64,000 nucleotides of DNA from positions 256,882-320,881 of the forward strand of contig MU004192.1 in NCBI GenBank assembly GCA_010093605.1. The letters are read 5' to 3'. Under the pieces are notes generated by a model, which saw only the letters and a program-made list of their open reading frames with translations, searched no databases and had not been told where the DNA came from. A program made the position numbers and the translations under genes. This document shows, in pieces, positions 60,742-64,000 of this stretch (within the stretch, counting starts at the first letter, position 1; each line of letters begins with the position of its first letter). This DNA is from Lophium mytilinum. Its lineage: Eukaryota.

Positions 60742-61181
60742 GGAGGACATGGCACTGAATTCACGATTAAGCGGGCGGCTGTTTTTTCTAGAAGCGGGTG
60801 CATATTTAAGAGGGGCGTGGTCTACCGGCACCATCAAAGTGGCCGGACGCATTGAGTGGCGTTGCATCTACAGGAGTTTCTTTCCGAACCTGCCGAGATA
60901 CCAGTCTAGGATGGCAGTTTGCATAGCATGAAGGCATGGCTTGATTTCTGCAAAGGAGATGAGATGCTATTGGGGCCAGCGATTCCCGTAGCCTACAATA
61001 CCCAATATACATACAGCATGATAGTACATAACAGATATTTAACGTTCGTGTGCTGATATCAAGTGACAACTATCTGACCATTAGCGACATTAAAATACGG
61101 CACTTTTTGATAGACTTACACGATCCCAATAAATCAATCCTAAACGCCGTCGCTGATGCAATGAACCATTCCATCCCGAAA

Positions 61182-61546
61182 TCACCTCAAAAGCCGATAG
61201 ATGCCCAATCCTACAAACGTAGCAGCTAGCCCAGTAATGCCCGCCTGTCTTGACTTCATTCCGAACATCGAGCCGCTCTTCAAGATGGTCGCCTGTTGCT
61301 GGCGTAGCTGCGAGTGGCCATTAAGGTATGTAAATGCACCCAGTCCCACGAAGACTCCGCCGCCTAAATGAAGTAGAACGGTTAGTACCAGCTTTCGGAC
61401 GATACAACGGGCATAGAAAATGTCCAGGGAATAGTCTTCTACCTACCCATCACGCGACATGGCAGACAGTCTTGGTATTCTTTTTGGCCCGTAGCGCCAG
61501 CCTGAGACTGCTGCATCAGAGGGACCGCTGTTGCATCGCTAGACAT
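61182..61546 (-). CDS. 93-aa DUF4536/DMAC1-like small mitochondrial membrane protein (not in ORF track)
   Basis: Exons 61546-61447 and 61363-61182 give MSSDATAV...QDCLPCRVMGGGVFVGLGAFTYL...RQAGITGLAATFVGLGIYRLLR; CxxC plus two TMs. Confidence 0.88.
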
Positions 61547-61791
61547 GTAGGACTGTAGGCGTTTGTGAAGTGTGTTTATGAGTTCAATGAGTTATTGGAT
61601 TGATGTCGGAGAGAGAACCTCAAGACCCTGGAGACGGAGGTGCTTGCGGCGGAACTTTGCCGAGACGACATCAACCACAGCTACGACATCATCACATTCA
61701 CTTCCCTGTCACAGGCTCAACATTCGCTCGCAGAACTTCATATCTGCCAGCCCGAATTTGCTCATGGGTCTAACCTCATCTCATTGCAAAC

Positions 61792-63653
61792 ATGAGTGCC
61801 ATAGAAGCGCTGTACATCTTCGATGAGCATAAGTCTGTCTCCGCCCTGCCCCTCCATACACCCCTCCATATGCTAACATCTTTACAGTGCCACTATACTG
61901 GAACATGTGTACCGGGGACGACCACCTACTGCGAGCGTCTTACTACCTCTCTACCTCTCACACCCCTCTCCGCAGCCATCCCTGATATATCTCCCAAATA
62001 CACATCCACCGGCGCTGGTATACTCCATAATACAAGACCGACTGCTCTTCCTCTCACCTTCATCGACGGAATCAGAACCGCTGCTGGTGCTCGAGTTCCT
62101 TCATCGTGTGGCAGATGCGCTCGAGGACTTCCTGGGCCCACCACTTCTGGCCAGCAAGATCGAGAGCTCCTATGATGTGGTGGCCCAGTTGCTCAGTGAG
62201 ATGTGTGATGGAGGGCTCGTATCAAATACGGAGCCCAATGCTTTAAGAGATGTTGTTGAAGCGCCCAATTGGGTCAAAGGGCTGCTTGGTGGTGTCGGGC
62301 TGCCTAGGTATGTTCGAACTCAATCTGCTTTCATCTCAGAGAGCTACAGTCATATGACCTTCTTTTCATATGCAATTTTGAGGATGATGTGCAGCTAACG
62401 AATGACACAGTTCTTCGCCCTCCCTAAATCCATCGTCTCAAACCCCCTTCTCCCTCCCAAGGCCGTCTCTCCCACGCGCCCCATCAGCCGCAGCCGCCAG
62501 TCCCGTCCCCTGGCGACGCGCAAACGTCCGACACACGAGCAATGAGCTCTACGTCGACATTGTCGAAACCCTCTCCATCACACTCGCGCCCTCAGGCCGG
62601 CCACTCTCCGCCCTTGCTTTCGGGACCGTCGCCTTCACAGCCAAAGTCTCCGGTGTGCCAGACCTAATTCTCCAGCTCAACGCTTCGGGAGGCATCCTCA
62701 ACACTATCTCCCTCCCCGTCTTCCACCCCTGCGTCCGACTCGGCCGCTGGAAGGAAAAACCCGGCGAGCTCAGTTTCGTCCCCCCAGACGGCCGATTCGT
62801 CCTCGCAGGCTACGAAGCCGACCTTCTAGGCGGCGACCACCTCTCCTCCTTCACGACCTCCTCGACCTCCAAATCCCTCGCCAACCTCAACCTCCCCGCG
62901 ACCGCCGACGTGCGCGTCTCCCTCGGCCCCACAGGCGCAGACTTCGAAGTCCGCCTCTCCATCTCGCCCCGCTTCCAAAACAAGCCCTCCGGCTCCTCAT
63001 CCTCATCCTCCGCCCGCGGCGGCATAGGCTCCCGCTCCGCCTCCGCCTTCTCCGCCACCGGCACCACAGCCCATCCCCACATCGAGGACGTCAAGGTCCA
63101 CATCCCCCTCCCCGCCGCCGTGCGCACCATCGCCGACCTCCGCGCCAGCAGAGGCGACGCGCAGTACGCGCCCGGCGACGCGGGGATCGAGTGGCGCGTC
63201 GCGGCCAAAGACGTCGCGGCGCTGCTAGCCAGCCACCACGGCGGCAACACCAACGCGTCCGCAACGCTCCGCGGTAGCGTCGTCGGCGAGGACGAGGAAG
63301 AGGAGGAGACGGCGCCGTCTGTGTCGCTCGAAGCGGGGAGTCGGTGGGAGTACGACGAGGACGAGAGTGGGAGCTACCAGACGTCTTCGGCCGAGCCGGT
63401 GCAGCAGCGGAATGGGAACGATAAGGGGGAGGCGGAGCAGCGGAATAAGCGGAGGGTCGCGCTGAATAAGGTGCTCATGCCTAGTTCGGCGACGGTGAGT
63501 TTCTCGGTCAAGGGGTGGTTGGCGAGCGGCATTCGGGTGGAGACGCTGATGGTGGATGTGAAGAGGAGTAAGGGGCTGGGGGCGGGGGTGACGCCGTATA
63601 AGGGGGTGAAGTATCTGACGGTTAGCAAGAGGGGGGTGGAGGCGAGGTGTTGA
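61792..63653 (+). CDS. APM3: AP-3 adaptor complex mu subunit
   Basis: MSAIEALYIFDEH, EPLLVLEFLHRV, EMCDGG...TEPNALRD, VPWRRANVRHTSNELYVD, FHPCVRL, LSFVPPDGRF, PYKGVKY; introns ~61833-61888 and ~62309-62410. Confidence 0.94.
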
Positions 63654-64000
63654 GAGCTAGGGGGGATGCATGGGAGGGAGGTGGTGGGGACAGGAGCATT
63701 TGTGACGATCATTGCATCCTGAATAAACTGTATATGAACAGTAGTCGCCCCTTTCTACGCTTCTTGCGGGAGTGACATGACCGCCCCTTAAAACCATACT
63801 TATACAACCTATCCACGTGCTATCCGCTTATCTAACCCTCGCCTTGGCACCTCAAATCTCCAGCCCTCCTCGCCTTCCAACACCTTTCCGCATGCAACTC
63901 CACAACCACACCTCCTATCCAGAATCTGACACCAGGACGTTCATCGCTAGGTCAGATAGTATTTTTAAGAAACGTCTTAGCAAGAGAGAATCGATGCCTC

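Noticed and set aside
63810..63930. Possible terminal exon of a minus-strand gene beyond the window
   Set aside because: Two frames are open after a possible acceptor but neither is recognisable; cannot be supported.
1..64000. tRNA/rRNA genes, transposons, RIP-degraded AT-rich blocks
   Set aside because: None recognised by eye; tRNAscan-SE, Infernal and RepeatMasker would be needed to exclude small elements.

Overview
Gene-dense euchromatic window from a filamentous ascomycete (Pezizomycotina, possibly Dothideomycete; short GT-AG introns with CTRAC/CTAAY branch points). About 30 protein-coding loci; I recognised no tRNA, rRNA, CRISPR array or intact transposon. Housekeeping genes (MRM1 3' end, SFI1, ILS1, KGD1, OPT transporter, GPI8, COQ7, APM3) are interleaved with accessory genes (amidase, CorA-like protein, PhoD, flavin monooxygenase, two stand-alone HET-domain genes, epoxide hydrolase, GH71, a bacterial-type amidohydrolase, secreted proteins). 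Main findings: (1) a three-gene module at 30.9-37.8 kb: an AIG1/GIMAP-like GTPase, a coiled-coil protein with a GrpE/MIEAP-like C-terminus, and a divergently transcribed atypical HSPA12-like Hsp70, a candidate dedicated chaperone/defence system; (2) a non-coding array of six ~188-bp degenerate repeats at 1.08-2.1 kb; (3) an orphan-family protein fused to a Yju2/CWC16-like Zn module and carrying phospho-site-like repeats; (4) two small spliced complex I assembly-factor genes absent from the ORF track; (5) a GPI-protein gene broken by one nonsense codon; (6) recurring C-rich to G-rich skew switches. All family calls are by eye from motifs; no database searches were run.
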